Shown here: piece by piece, positions 54,803 through 64,000 of the stretch | Layout of the letters: each line of letters starts with the position of its first letter | Numbering within the stretch: the first letter of the stretch is position 1 | Source of the DNA: an uncultured Candidatus Saccharibacteria bacterium | GTDB lineage: Bacteria > Patescibacteriota > Minisyncoccia > Phycocordibacterales > Phycocordibacteraceae | DNA: 64,000 nt | Direction: 5' to 3' | Assembly (NCBI GenBank): GCA_964398865.1 | Contig: CAYNOO010000001.1 | Span: 43,661-107,660, forward strand | Made by a program: the position numbers and the translations under genes | Notes under the pieces: generated by a model | The model's database searches: none | Told to the model about the DNA's origin: nothing | What the model saw: the letters and a program-made list of their open reading frames with translations, nothing else

Positions 54803-55657
54803 ATGTTGAAGCGTTTATTCTCTCTTGCCTTCGTCATTTTTCTCTTCTCCCCTATTGCAGCGTTTGCTATAGGCGGTCCGTTCGGCGGACCTATGCTCAG
54901 TCCCCCGACGCCATGTATTGACCCTCCTGGTTCTTATATGTTTACGCTCGGTCCCCCTTCCGCTGGGGTATATAAATACATCCCCGGGGTTTCGGTCACA
55001 TACTTATTTGGTCCTCCCAAGACTGTTGGTCAGTTGTTGTTGGGAAATTTTATGCCAGGAATATGTACAAAACCGGGAACACCGCCTGTCCCTGTTCCGG
55101 TGTTTGTTATTACAGCTGAGGGCTCAAGCGGTCCCGCTAAGCCCGTAACGCCGCCAAAGCCCGCACCCGCAAGAACGGAGTGCGTCGATGGCGCCTTCAA
55201 TCTTTCAAGTAGTGCGGGTAAGGCACAAGGAGAAGCAAATATCCGACAGATTTTTTCCGAATCTGGAATCCCAGTGAATAAAGGTGCGTGTGGACTTAAT
55301 AAAACTTTTCAGAGCACTGCGGGAGGTTGTACTGACGTAAGTGGATTGCAGTGCCAGGCAGTTTCATATTTGCAATCGCTCCAAACTCTTTGTGGTAAAA
55401 ATTCTCTGCTTATCACCGGTGGCAGCGAAGCAGGGCACGGTAGCCATATCGTCGGCAACAAAGTGGACCTTTCGTCTGGGGGAGCGAGTTTCAATAATCA
55501 ACTTTCACAATGTATTAAAAGCAATTTTACGTTTGATCCTTCACGAGGTGTTTGGGTAGATAGAAAGACAGGCTCTACGTTCCTTGCTGAAGGTGCAGGA
55601 CAAACTAGAAATACGACAGGGGTTCACTGGCACGTGTGTATAGGCAGAGGTTGCTAA
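54803..55657 (+). CDS. secreted Cys/Pro-rich protein with C-terminal LAS/M15-like zinc peptidase domain
   Basis: Signal peptide; ITGGSE..H.SH..G..VDL (Hx6D) and HWH near the C-terminus. Confidence 0.65.
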   Translation: MLKRLFSLAFVIFLFSPIAAFAIGGPFGGPMLSPPTPCIDPPGSYMFTLGPPSAGVYKYIPGVSVTYLFGPPKTVGQLLLGNFMPGICTKPGTPPVPVPVFVITAEGSSGPAKPVTPPKPAPARTECVDGAFNLSSSAGKAQGEANIRQIFSESGIPVNKGACGLNKTFQSTAGGCTDVSGLQCQAVSYLQSLQTLCGKNSLLITGGSEAGHGSHIVGNKVDLSSGGASFNNQLSQCIKSNFTFDPSRGVWVDRKTGSTFLAEGAGQTRNTTGVHWHVCIGRGC

Positions 55658-56451
55658 TGGAGTTCTTTCGCAATGGTGAGCCACGTCTCTAGACTCACGT
55701 CTTCGGCGCGAACACGCGCATCGAGCGCAAGATTTTCCCACGCGCCTTCTACTTGAGTTGCAGGGAATTTCTTTTTCAAATTTCCTAAAAGCGTTTTTCT
55801 TTTCTGACCGAATCCGATTTTTAGAATTTCAAAGAATTTTTCTTCAGATATCTTTTTAAAATTCTTTCCATTAATTTCGGTGATAGCAAGAATTGCTGAA
55901 TCAACCGATGGAGGTGGGTTAAAACTTCCTCTCGAAACTGTTTTTACGTATTTAGGAATGCCGTATGCTTTCACCGAAAGTGACAAAATGCTTTCTTTCT
56001 TACTTCGTGCAATTCTTTCTGCAACTTCTTTTTGTATTAGAAACGCGAGTGAGACGGGTTTATTTTTTGCAGTGAGGCATGAGCGAATGAGTTCTCCGGT
56101 TATGTAGTACGGAATATTTGCGGCGACTTTGTACGCGCCTTTCGGAAATAGTTTGTCGGGAGTTAGTTCTCTCGCATCTCCCTCATGAATCACTAATCGT
56201 GCGTCTCGGATCTCCTCCGCGAATCTCTCACAGAGAACAGCAACCATCGCCCGATCTTTTTCAACAGTAGTCACCGTTGCCCCAAGCGCGAGAATCTCCC
56301 TCGTGAGCATTCCTTTCCCTGGACCAATTTCTAACACCTTGTCTCCGGCTTTGATACCTGCGGCGCTCGCCACAGCGCTCGCTATCCCTATGTTCGTGAG
56401 CAAGTGCTGACCAAGCTTTGCCCCCCGAGGTTTTTTTCTGTTGTTCTTCAT
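55654..56451 (-). CDS. rsmA: 16S rRNA adenine dimethyltransferase
   Basis: LGQH.L, VLEIGPG.G.LT, ANIPYYIT, QKEVAERI, F.PPP.VDS, F.QKRKTL, RAE. Confidence 0.97.
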   Translation of the reverse strand: MKNNRKKPRGAKLGQHLLTNIGIASAVASAAGIKAGDKVLEIGPGKGMLTREILALGATVTTVEKDRAMVAVLCERFAEEIRDARLVIHEGDARELTPDKLFPKGAYKVAANIPYYITGELIRSCLTAKNKPVSLAFLIQKEVAERIARSKKESILSLSVKAYGIPKYVKTVSRGSFNPPPSVDSAILAITEINGKNFKKISEEKFFEILKIGFGQKRKTLLGNLKKKFPATQVEGAWENLALDARVRAEDVSLETWLTIAKELH

Positions 56452-56511
56452 ATTTTTATATTACTTCCACGTCTCACAATGCTCTGAAATATTCCGACTA
56501 TAACTTTTAGA

Positions 56512-56551
56512 GCTCCAGAGACTATACGATTAATCGTATAGTCTCTGGAGC
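56512..56551. repeat. perfect 40-bp palindrome
   Basis: GCTCCAGAGACTATACGATT|AATCGTATAGTCTCTGGAGC. Confidence 0.9.
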
Positions 56552-56569
56552 AATTACCGTGGTGATGAT

Positions 56570-58504
56570 TTAGGATATGGTATTCATTTCTTCGCTATTC
56601 CAGAAAGGGAACGTTATCACGGTTCGAAGTTCCGGATCTAGTTCAGTGATAAAAACTGAAGCCGTATTTTCAGAACGTGTTCCGAATATCCTGCGCGTAT
56701 AGGCGAAGAGTGCATAGACTTGTTTTTTCGCGCGAGTGAGCGCTACGTAGAAAAGCCTCCTTTCTTCCTCAGTGTCTACATCGTCGGATCCATCACGTTC
56801 ATGTGGGAATAAACCTTCTTCTAGTCCTGCGATGAACACAGTGTCGAACTCTAATCCTTTCGCGGCATGAACTGTCATAAGCTTCACTCCTGCTTTTGGT
56901 TTTTCTAATTCATCTTGGTCTGATTGCAGCGCAGCTTCTTCTATCAATCGCTCGATGCCTGCGCCCGACGGAAGCCCATCATATTTCGTCGCAACAGTGA
57001 CGAGCTCTTTCAGGTTTTCTAGCCGCTCGGCATCTTCAGGACTGCCAGTTTTATACAAGCGCCACATCCCGCTCTCGGTTAGTGCGAAGTGTACTGCTTC
57101 TGACGCGCTCTTCTCTTCAATAGCTTTTAATATGCGCGCGAGAGTTTGGCGAAAGAGATGTACTTTTTCTTTTGCTGCCGCAGGCAGCCCCTCTTCCTGA
57201 TTGTTAATAATCTTAGCGAGCGTCACTTTACCGATGCCTCGCGTTGGGGTAGAAATGGCGCGCGTTATGTCAGCGGCAGAGTCTGGATTCAGTGCTGCGC
57301 GGAGATACGCAAGTGTATCTTTTACTTCTTTGCGCTCAAAAAAGCGTACCCCCAAAACTTGATAGGGTACTGCAGCTTTCAGAAATGCTTCCTCCAAGAC
57401 TCGTGATTGAAAATTCGCACGATACAAGACTGCAATATCTTCCGCAAGCAATCCTCTTTCTATAAGTAACTTGGATTCTCCTGCGATGAATGCTGCTTCA
57501 TGGTTTTCGTCCGGGAAACCCGCTACGCGTATGTTTTCTCCGTCATCGTTTTTCGTATACAGTTCTTTTTCTCGGCGGTTTGTATTCTTTGCAATAGCAT
57601 CGTTCGCTGCAGAGAGAATAGTTTTCGTAGAGCGGTAATTTTCTGTAAGCAGAAGCACTTCAGCGTCCGGGAACGCGGTTTCAAAATTCATGATGTGTTC
57701 GATGGATGCGCCCCGCCAGCTGTAAATGTTCTGATCAACGTCTCCTACTGCGGCAATGTTTCCGTGACGCGCCGCAAGAATCTTTACAATTTCGTACTGC
57801 ACGCGGTTAGTATCCTGATATTCGTCAACGTGTATGTAGTCCCATGCGTTCTGAAAATGTTCGCGAGCAGGCGCGTGGTTCGTGAGCAGTGAGTGGGCTG
57901 TAAGGAGTATGTCGTCAAAATCTAGAGCCTTCTCTTTTTTCAGGATTGCTTCGTAGCGTCCCCACACCTCGCCTACTGCCTCATCAATGTAAGAGGAAGC
58001 GTGCTCCGCCTGGAATTCACGCTGACCTATCGCCTCTCCTTTTTTCCGGCTCATGATAGAAATCACACGACGCGGTTCGAGCTGTTTTGGGTCAAAGCCG
58101 GCTGCCGTTATGGCTTCTCTCATGGCGCGCGTAGAGTCGGCGCGGTCATAGATGGTAAAGCGGGCTGGTAGCCCCACTGCCCCATGGAATGCTTTTATGA
58201 TTTCTAAAGAAAGACGATGAAACGTCCCAATGAAAGGGTCGTGCCGCGGGCGGTCATAAGGGGAAAGAGAGAAATCCGTATCTATGATCCGGCTCACGCG
58301 CTCCTTCATTTCTTTCGCTGCCTTATTTGTGAACGTGACCGCAAGAATCCTCTCTGGCGCTACCCCTGAACGGATGATTTCCGCTATACGGTGGACGATA
58401 ACTCTGGTTTTTCCTGCTCCAGCGCCTGCAAGTATAAGGAGCGGTCCCTTCAGATGAGTTACTGCCTTCTTTTGGGTTTCATTTAGATGTGCAAGGTGAT
58501 CCAC
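56570..58504 (-). CDS. pcrA: UvrD/PcrA family DNA helicase
   Basis: AGAGAGKTR, VTFTNKAA.EM, VDEYQDTN, VGD.DQ.IY.WRGA, NYRST, LMTVHAAKGLEF, EEERRLFYVA.TRAK. Confidence 0.95.
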   Translation of the reverse strand: MDHLAHLNETQKKAVTHLKGPLLILAGAGAGKTRVIVHRIAEIIRSGVAPERILAVTFTNKAAKEMKERVSRIIDTDFSLSPYDRPRHDPFIGTFHRLSLEIIKAFHGAVGLPARFTIYDRADSTRAMREAITAAGFDPKQLEPRRVISIMSRKKGEAIGQREFQAEHASSYIDEAVGEVWGRYEAILKKEKALDFDDILLTAHSLLTNHAPAREHFQNAWDYIHVDEYQDTNRVQYEIVKILAARHGNIAAVGDVDQNIYSWRGASIEHIMNFETAFPDAEVLLLTENYRSTKTILSAANDAIAKNTNRREKELYTKNDDGENIRVAGFPDENHEAAFIAGESKLLIERGLLAEDIAVLYRANFQSRVLEEAFLKAAVPYQVLGVRFFERKEVKDTLAYLRAALNPDSAADITRAISTPTRGIGKVTLAKIINNQEEGLPAAAKEKVHLFRQTLARILKAIEEKSASEAVHFALTESGMWRLYKTGSPEDAERLENLKELVTVATKYDGLPSGAGIERLIEEAALQSDQDELEKPKAGVKLMTVHAAKGLEFDTVFIAGLEEGLFPHERDGSDDVDTEEERRLFYVALTRAKKQVYALFAYTRRIFGTRSENTASVFITELDPELRTVITFPFWNSEEMNTIS

Positions 58505-58862
58505 AGGGTTTCACTATAGCAGCCCGGATATTCCCCCGATTCTTTTTAAGAAATTTTTTGTAAAAATGTCAATTTTTATGCTCTTTTTGGTTGTCCCCCT
58601 CATGATTTTTTAATGGTTGACGTAGATTTTCACTTGGGTATAGTGGACATACTACCGTAAGCGTCAGTCTCTTATATTGGCTTAACAGAGCCATTTCTCC
58701 TGAGACGTCCGTCCGGCTAACCCTGAGTGGGGAATAATTATAGAAACAAAACACGATAGCGCCCGCGAGCCAGCCCATGCAGGTTCCCGAGTTACACAAA
58801 GTAAGTATAGTTCGGTTTTTATTGCCGTCCTCATAGTCTTTTCATGCCTCAGTATCTTTAAA

Positions 58863-59840
58863 GTGGCGCACGCTGTTTCTCTATCTGATTTTTTCGGAGC
58901 GTTTACCTCCACTGCTGAAGACACGGCTTCAACATTGAGTTTTTCTGTTTCCAAGACTCCGGCACTCAAGAACGCCGTAAATTCTGACCCAAATCCGGCC
59001 AAGGGCGGTGGCGACATAACCATAGTTGGCGGCGTTGCGCTCGCAGCTGAAAGTGGTCCTGAAGGGACACTTGCCGATATACAGGATAAAAAGCCTGCAT
59101 CAAATCAGATTTCCATATATGTGGTCCGTGTCGGAGATTCCCTCTCTGAGATTGCCAAGATGTTTAATGTTTCAAATAACACCATTCTCTGGGCCAACAA
59201 CCTGACAAGCTTTAAGAGCGTACATCCGGGCGATACCCTCGTCATACTCCCTGTTACCGGTATAGAGCATGTCGTTTTGAAGGGTGAAACACTTGCCGGT
59301 ATCGTCAAAAAGTATAAAGGCGACATGCAGGATGTGCTTAATTTCAACAATCTTTCTTCAGGAGCGGCTCTGGTTGTTGGAGATACGATCGTCATTCCAG
59401 ACGGTGTTGATGCACCATTGATTACTACATCTTCGGTCAAGACCTCTTCAACGGCGACTGAGAAGCTTATAAGTAGCGCGGGCGGACCTGTTATTTCAGG
59501 GTATTATTTACGCCCTATCATTGGGGGTAAAAAGACCCAAGGACTCCATGGTTACAACGGGGTTGATCTTGGAACACCTGTAGGCACTCCAGTCATGGCA
59601 TCATGCCCCGGTACCGTGATGGTGAGTCGCGATTCTGGATGGAACGGAGGGTATGGCGAGTACATCGTGATTCAATGTTCTAATGGTACGCAGACAGTGT
59701 ACGGGCATCTTTCAAAGACGAGTGTATCGGCAGGTGCATCAGTGGTACAGGGGCAAGTCATAGCACTCTCTGGTAACACCGGTCGTTCCACAGGTCCACA
59801 TCTTCACTTTGAAATTCGCGGAGCGGCGAATCCTTTCTAA
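58863..59840 (+). CDS. LysM-domain M23 family peptidase (true start probably upstream, see findings)
   Basis: Two LysM repeats (YVVR.GDSLS.IA, HVV.KGETL..I), H..NGVD, YGHL, GNTGRSTGPHLHFE. Confidence 0.93.
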   Translation: MAHAVSLSDFFGAFTSTAEDTASTLSFSVSKTPALKNAVNSDPNPAKGGGDITIVGGVALAAESGPEGTLADIQDKKPASNQISIYVVRVGDSLSEIAKMFNVSNNTILWANNLTSFKSVHPGDTLVILPVTGIEHVVLKGETLAGIVKKYKGDMQDVLNFNNLSSGAALVVGDTIVIPDGVDAPLITTSSVKTSSTATEKLISSAGGPVISGYYLRPIIGGKKTQGLHGYNGVDLGTPVGTPVMASCPGTVMVSRDSGWNGGYGEYIVIQCSNGTQTVYGHLSKTSVSAGASVVQGQVIALSGNTGRSTGPHLHFEIRGAANPF

Positions 59841-59852
59841 TACTTCTTGAAA

Positions 59853-60614
59853 TCAAGCAACGCGCTTAGCGTTGTCGAAGTATTCTTCCTCGTTCTCGTC
59901 CTGATTGGGCAACTCTGGTGATTCAGACGCCGCCGGGGCGTTATCGTTTGCAGGTTGTTGTTTGAATACTGGTTGTCGGGGTTTATACTCCGGCTTTTTT
60001 TCTAGAGAATTTCGTGGAGCAGGAGCAATGCCGTCGACTGGCTTGTCTTCTTTAGGAGTATTTTGGTTTGGTGCATCTTTCAAGGGGCTTTGTGAACGAG
60101 GCTCTTTCTCTCCGGCAGATCGCTCGGAGCGTTCTTCTTTCCCGCTCATTTTTCCCGACCCGCCCTGCTCGTTTCCTTGCCCCTCAGGTTGTTCAGTTTC
60201 ATTGTTGTTTTGTCCACGTGCATTTTTTCTGCGAAGCGCCCTAAACGCAACGTCCTGCGCCCGCTCCGCTTTAGATTCCGCACCTTCTTCTCCTTCCAAT
60301 GGATCAGTTCCCGCTTTGTTTATTCGGTACGAGAACCATATGAACAGAGTGCAAGAAGGGGAAAAGGATAATCCAGGCACCGCTTCGAGAGCAGCATTGA
60401 CGAGTGTGGTCGCGAGCATCTTATCTGTCTTGTAGCCATTTAGCCACCACATACCACGGCAATAGCATATGAAGACTGTACCTGCGAGCGGAAGCCAGCA
60501 AAGGACGAAGTCGACGATTATCGCTACTTTTAGGTACGCGTCATATGAGTCTTTCGGGATGCGTTTTTTCCCTCCGAAAAAAGAGAAAAGATTGTTTTTT
60601 GTTTCTCCTGCCAC
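59853..60614 (-). CDS. hypothetical membrane protein with disordered C-terminus
   Basis: Hydrophobic N-terminal half (E.VP...F.P motif), charged low-complexity tail; TACAAT 6 nt before GTG. Confidence 0.65.
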   Translation of the reverse strand: MAGETKNNLFSFFGGKKRIPKDSYDAYLKVAIIVDFVLCWLPLAGTVFICYCRGMWWLNGYKTDKMLATTLVNAALEAVPGLSFSPSCTLFIWFSYRINKAGTDPLEGEEGAESKAERAQDVAFRALRRKNARGQNNNETEQPEGQGNEQGGSGKMSGKEERSERSAGEKEPRSQSPLKDAPNQNTPKEDKPVDGIAPAPRNSLEKKPEYKPRQPVFKQQPANDNAPAASESPELPNQDENEEEYFDNAKRVA

Positions 60615-60638
60615 AGTGGCATTGTAGCGCGTCTAGTT

Positions 60639-62141
60639 TTACCCGTTTCGGAGAATACGCGGGCGGTATTGCAGTGCTTCGAGCACGTGGGCTGAGCCTA
60701 CTGATTCGTCTCCTGCAATGTCTGCAATGGTACGCGCAAGCCTGAGCACGCGATGGTATGAGCGTGGCGAAAGCTTCAGTGTACCTGCGGCGCTGGCGAG
60801 AACTTTCGTTGCCTCGTCAGTGATGCCAATAGCGCTTCCCAACATTTTTGATGAGAGCTCGCTGTTCGTGTGCGCCGACAATTTTAATGCCTGAGCTCGC
60901 GCCCGCTGTTTTTCCCGAGCATCCATGATGCGTTTCTGTACTGCTAGAGAAGTTTCGCCCGCTCCTTTCGCGCGAAGCTTTTCATGAGGAACATGTGGCA
61001 CTTCTATCCAAATATCTATACGATCGATGATTGCACCCGAGAGTTTTTTCTTGAAGTGTTGTATGTCTCTTGGGTCTGCATTGTCGCCAGGCGGATTCAT
61101 CGCAGCCACTAACATGATGTTTGCTGGGAATGTGGTAGAGCCAGCCGCTCTCGAGATAGTAATCGCCCGATTCTCTAGAGGTTCCCTCAGGGCTTCAAGT
61201 GCACGCCGGTCAAACTCAGGAAATTCATCCAAGAAAAGCACACCTCGATGCGCAAGCGTCACTTCTCCTGGTCGCAAGGAGTTACCGCCGCCAACTAGTG
61301 CAACGTATGAGGAGGTGTGATGCGGGGCGCGTATAGGGGCTGAAACAAGTAAGGTTTCTTTTAAAGTGCCTGCGACGGAGTGAATTGCCGTTACTTCTAC
61401 TGCTTCATCAAAAGAAAGCGGCGGGAGAATTCCAGCAAGCGCGTTTGCAAGCATTGTTTTTCCTGTGCCGGGGGGTCCTACAAACGCAACGTTGTGGCGC
61501 CCTGCAGCAGCAATCTCTAACCCACGCTTCGCAGTTTCCTGTCCTTTGATATCAGATAAATCCACCGCAGGAGCTACACTGACTATTTTGCTGTTCACCT
61601 GACTCGCGGTTGCTGGCAGAAGTTTTTTGCCCGTGACATGTGCAATGACTTCTTTAAGCGAGGCTGCCCCGAGGACTGACACGCCCGTTACTAACGCCGC
61701 TTCTGCGGCATTCTCTTCCGGCACAATTATATTTTTGAATCCGTATTCGCGTGCCGCAAGACCCGCAGGCAAGGCACCCTTGATGGGACGGAGCGTTCCG
61801 TCGAGCGCGAGCTCCCCTAGGAAAACAGTGTCGTTCGCGTCGAATTTTATTTCCTCGGCAGAAAGCAAGTATGCAAGTGCCATAGGAAGATCAAAGACGG
61901 TTCCTTCTTTTTTCAGGTCAGCTGGTGCGAGTGAGATTATTACTTTATGGTTTTTGCTTTTGGGTGACGGGTATCCAGTGTGCTTGATTGCAGCAGAAAT
62001 TCTGTCCCGTGCTTCTTCGACCGCTTTCCCGGCGAGTCCCACCACTGCAAACGAATACAGACCTCGCGAAAGGTCTGTCTCGATGGTTACGCGATTTGAT
62101 GTAGGGAATCCTGGCTGAACGCTATACACGCGCGCAAACAT
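60639..62141 (-). CDS. comM: YifB/ComM family Mg-chelatase-like AAA ATPase
   Basis: VVGL....V.EARDR, LAPADL.KEG..FDLP, GELALDG, GPPGTGKTMLA, R.PHHT.S, PGE.TLAHRGVLFLDE, SGA..DRID. Confidence 0.93.
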   Translation of the reverse strand: MFARVYSVQPGFPTSNRVTIETDLSRGLYSFAVVGLAGKAVEEARDRISAAIKHTGYPSPKSKNHKVIISLAPADLKKEGTVFDLPMALAYLLSAEEIKFDANDTVFLGELALDGTLRPIKGALPAGLAAREYGFKNIIVPEENAAEAALVTGVSVLGAASLKEVIAHVTGKKLLPATASQVNSKIVSVAPAVDLSDIKGQETAKRGLEIAAAGRHNVAFVGPPGTGKTMLANALAGILPPLSFDEAVEVTAIHSVAGTLKETLLVSAPIRAPHHTSSYVALVGGGNSLRPGEVTLAHRGVLFLDEFPEFDRRALEALREPLENRAITISRAAGSTTFPANIMLVAAMNPPGDNADPRDIQHFKKKLSGAIIDRIDIWIEVPHVPHEKLRAKGAGETSLAVQKRIMDAREKQRARAQALKLSAHTNSELSSKMLGSAIGITDEATKVLASAAGTLKLSPRSYHRVLRLARTIADIAGDESVGSAHVLEALQYRPRILRNG

Positions 62142-62208
62142 GATTGTGCAAGTATATCAATGCTTCATCGGCATCGAGTTCGGTCATGCACAGATTGTTT
62201 AGGCAGGA

Positions 62209-62586
62209 TTATCCGACTGTTTCGCGCATGTGCTTCTTGCATGTGGGCGCTGCAGGGTTTGCTTCAAGCCTATCCATCTCGATCGCTTCACCGGAAATCT
62301 CACAGGTGCCGTATGTACCCTCCGTTATCTTTGCGAGTGCATTCATTACTTGATTTAAGCGACCCTCAAGTTCGTTCAAGGCAGCGTTGTTGTCCTGCAT
62401 GTCCTCGATGACATCAGCATTATCGTTTCTGTCTGCACCAAACTCATCCCCCGCAGGCTTTGAAGGAACCCAATCTGATGAATTTGAAGGGTTTCTGCTA
62501 CCGAGCTCCGAGAGCTCGATTTCCAAGAGCGCCTTTTCTTCCTCAAGCAATTTCTTGAACTTTACGATGTCGTTTTGTGTGAGCAT
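62209..62586 (-). CDS. TraR/DksA family transcription factor
   Basis: Coiled coil with acidic tip (DRNDNAD), AL.KI..GTYG.CE.SG..I...RLEA.P.A..C. Confidence 0.9.
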   Translation of the reverse strand: MLTQNDIVKFKKLLEEEKALLEIELSELGSRNPSNSSDWVPSKPAGDEFGADRNDNADVIEDMQDNNAALNELEGRLNQVMNALAKITEGTYGTCEISGEAIEMDRLEANPAAPTCKKHMRETVG

Positions 62587-62654
62587 TCGGGCATCCTAGC
62601 ATGCGGAACCTATAGCTTCCAGGTTCAAGGTAGCAACTAGAAAACATCCCGAGC

Positions 62655-63959
62655 TTACTCGCTCTTCTGAAGCGAAAGACGGGTTATTACTTCACGGAGT
62701 GTACTCTCGTTGGTTGTAATGATGATGAGGTCAGGGCGAAGAAATGCATACATAATGTGCCACGCTGGCTGGCTTTCTCGGATATCAATATTCTGGACAG
62801 TGCGGTCAGTGAAGGTGAGCGGGGGTGGTGTGGATGCGATGCTTGCTGGAGCGAGCGCTGAGGGCTTGAAGAAGTCACCCAAACCTTCGTCCATGCGCGT
62901 CTCCCATGAGAGCATCGCTTGAAATGCATGGTCGTACGCTGCAACGCTAATGAGAAGAAATGGCTGATTGTGGTCAAATGCGTGTATGCCAACCATCGTA
63001 CCTGTTGTATTTCGCACAAGCGCATCGGGTGCTCCTAGGAGCGTCAGAATGTCTGCCGTACTAAGCGGTATGCTGTTTTCGGTTACGACGAAACTTTCGA
63101 CTTCGCCGAGGTTGAGTACCGCAGAATCTTTTACTTTTGCGAGGGTCGTTGGGAGAGGCTCTTCAGGAGAATGTTCTACCGTAATTGAATGATTTGCCGG
63201 AATGAGAGAGCGTAACGGCGCCGCTATATCGTCAGGCTTATTCAAAAAGAATGCGATGCCAACGCTTCCGATGCCAATCAGTATGAAAAGAATAGCTCCG
63301 CCCAAGAAGAGTCGCATACGATTTGCGCGTCGGCGTACTGCAGCTTCATCTTCGTAAGGTCCCTCTGCCATTGTTCGCTTCTGCTCAGCGCCCACGATTG
63401 AGGTAAGCGTGGTGTTTCGTTTTCTGATTTCTGCGCTTATGTCATTAGCATAGGTGCGCACTCTTGGGAGACCGTCTTCCGACTCCACACTTTGCTTCAG
63501 AGATTTTATTTCTGGCGGCAGCGTTTTTTCTCTTACCGGTTCAGCCTCAAGACCCATTTCGCGATTACTCCGTTCAAGCGGATTGAGTGGAGGCAGGGAT
63601 TGTACGGCGGTATTTTCTTTTTGTTCTGTGCTTTCTATCGTTTTTGTTTTTGTCGCTTCAACAACAGCGTTCCCCGAATAAAGCGAACTTACCGCCTTCG
63701 CCAACGCATCTACCGTCTTGAATTTTGCTCCACTAGCTGGAGGAACGGCAGTTTTTTTTGTGACCTCCTCTGGGGCATCAAGCAGAACCGGTGCGACTAC
63801 CGGCATTAATTTTTCATGTTCCGCAGTCGAAACATCAACACCTTTTGGTAGTGCGTTTGTACTCGACTCTTTTGCGAGTTCACTATTACCAGCGATGTCC
63901 CCCGCCTTGTCCGTCTCGTCCGCCATTTCGTCTATCATTGTACCCTCCCCTCGGAGCAT
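62655..63959 (-). CDS. hypothetical protein (disordered N-terminus, single TM, C-terminal domain)
   Basis: RVRTY..D motif, TM helix, AFQAML.WE..M, F.D....N.D.R, YAFL....IIITT. Confidence 0.7.
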   Translation of the reverse strand: MLRGEGTMIDEMADETDKAGDIAGNSELAKESSTNALPKGVDVSTAEHEKLMPVVAPVLLDAPEEVTKKTAVPPASGAKFKTVDALAKAVSSLYSGNAVVEATKTKTIESTEQKENTAVQSLPPLNPLERSNREMGLEAEPVREKTLPPEIKSLKQSVESEDGLPRVRTYANDISAEIRKRNTTLTSIVGAEQKRTMAEGPYEDEAAVRRRANRMRLFLGGAILFILIGIGSVGIAFFLNKPDDIAAPLRSLIPANHSITVEHSPEEPLPTTLAKVKDSAVLNLGEVESFVVTENSIPLSTADILTLLGAPDALVRNTTGTMVGIHAFDHNQPFLLISVAAYDHAFQAMLSWETRMDEGLGDFFKPSALAPASIASTPPPLTFTDRTVQNIDIRESQPAWHIMYAFLRPDLIIITTNESTLREVITRLSLQKSE

Positions 63960-64000
63960 CCCCGCTTGGGTTTCCCTCCGCAGGTTTCAAACCTTTTCGC

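Noticed and set aside
1-64000. Alternative genetic code (UGA=Gly, as in Gracilibacteria/SR1)
   Set aside because: Conserved genes are full length in code 11 and several end properly at TGA (ruvB, polA-region genes, dnaN, riboflavin kinase)

Overview
Chromosomal window of a small-genome bacterium, most likely Patescibacteria/CPR (Parcubacteria-like). This is inferred from the gene set: short holA, PrgI/VirB4/VirB6-like cluster, pilM-N-O, salvage-only metabolism and tRNA-Arg(GCG); UGA acts as a stop (code 11). It contains the replication-origin region (dnaN-dnaA-rpmH-rnpA-yidC-jag), polA, ruvABC, pcrA, comM, tyrS, cell-wall genes, a type IV secretion-like gene cluster and seven tRNA genes. The most striking unexplained structure is a family of ~160-230 nt non-coding elements directly 3' of three different tRNAs (His, Arg-TCT, Arg-GCG). 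Each has a conserved, covarying structured core bracketed by an inverted and a direct copy of its own host tRNA's 3' end. They occur only at tRNAs whose T-arm reads GGTTCGATTCC. Also noted: a second repeat family 5' of two tRNAs, a rod-shaped 6S-like ncRNA candidate, two structured leaders before cell-wall genes, pervasive leaderless-type promoters, putative folate and riboflavin salvage modules, and an alternative-oxidase-like di-iron protein. All calls come from reading the sequence; no database searches were run.
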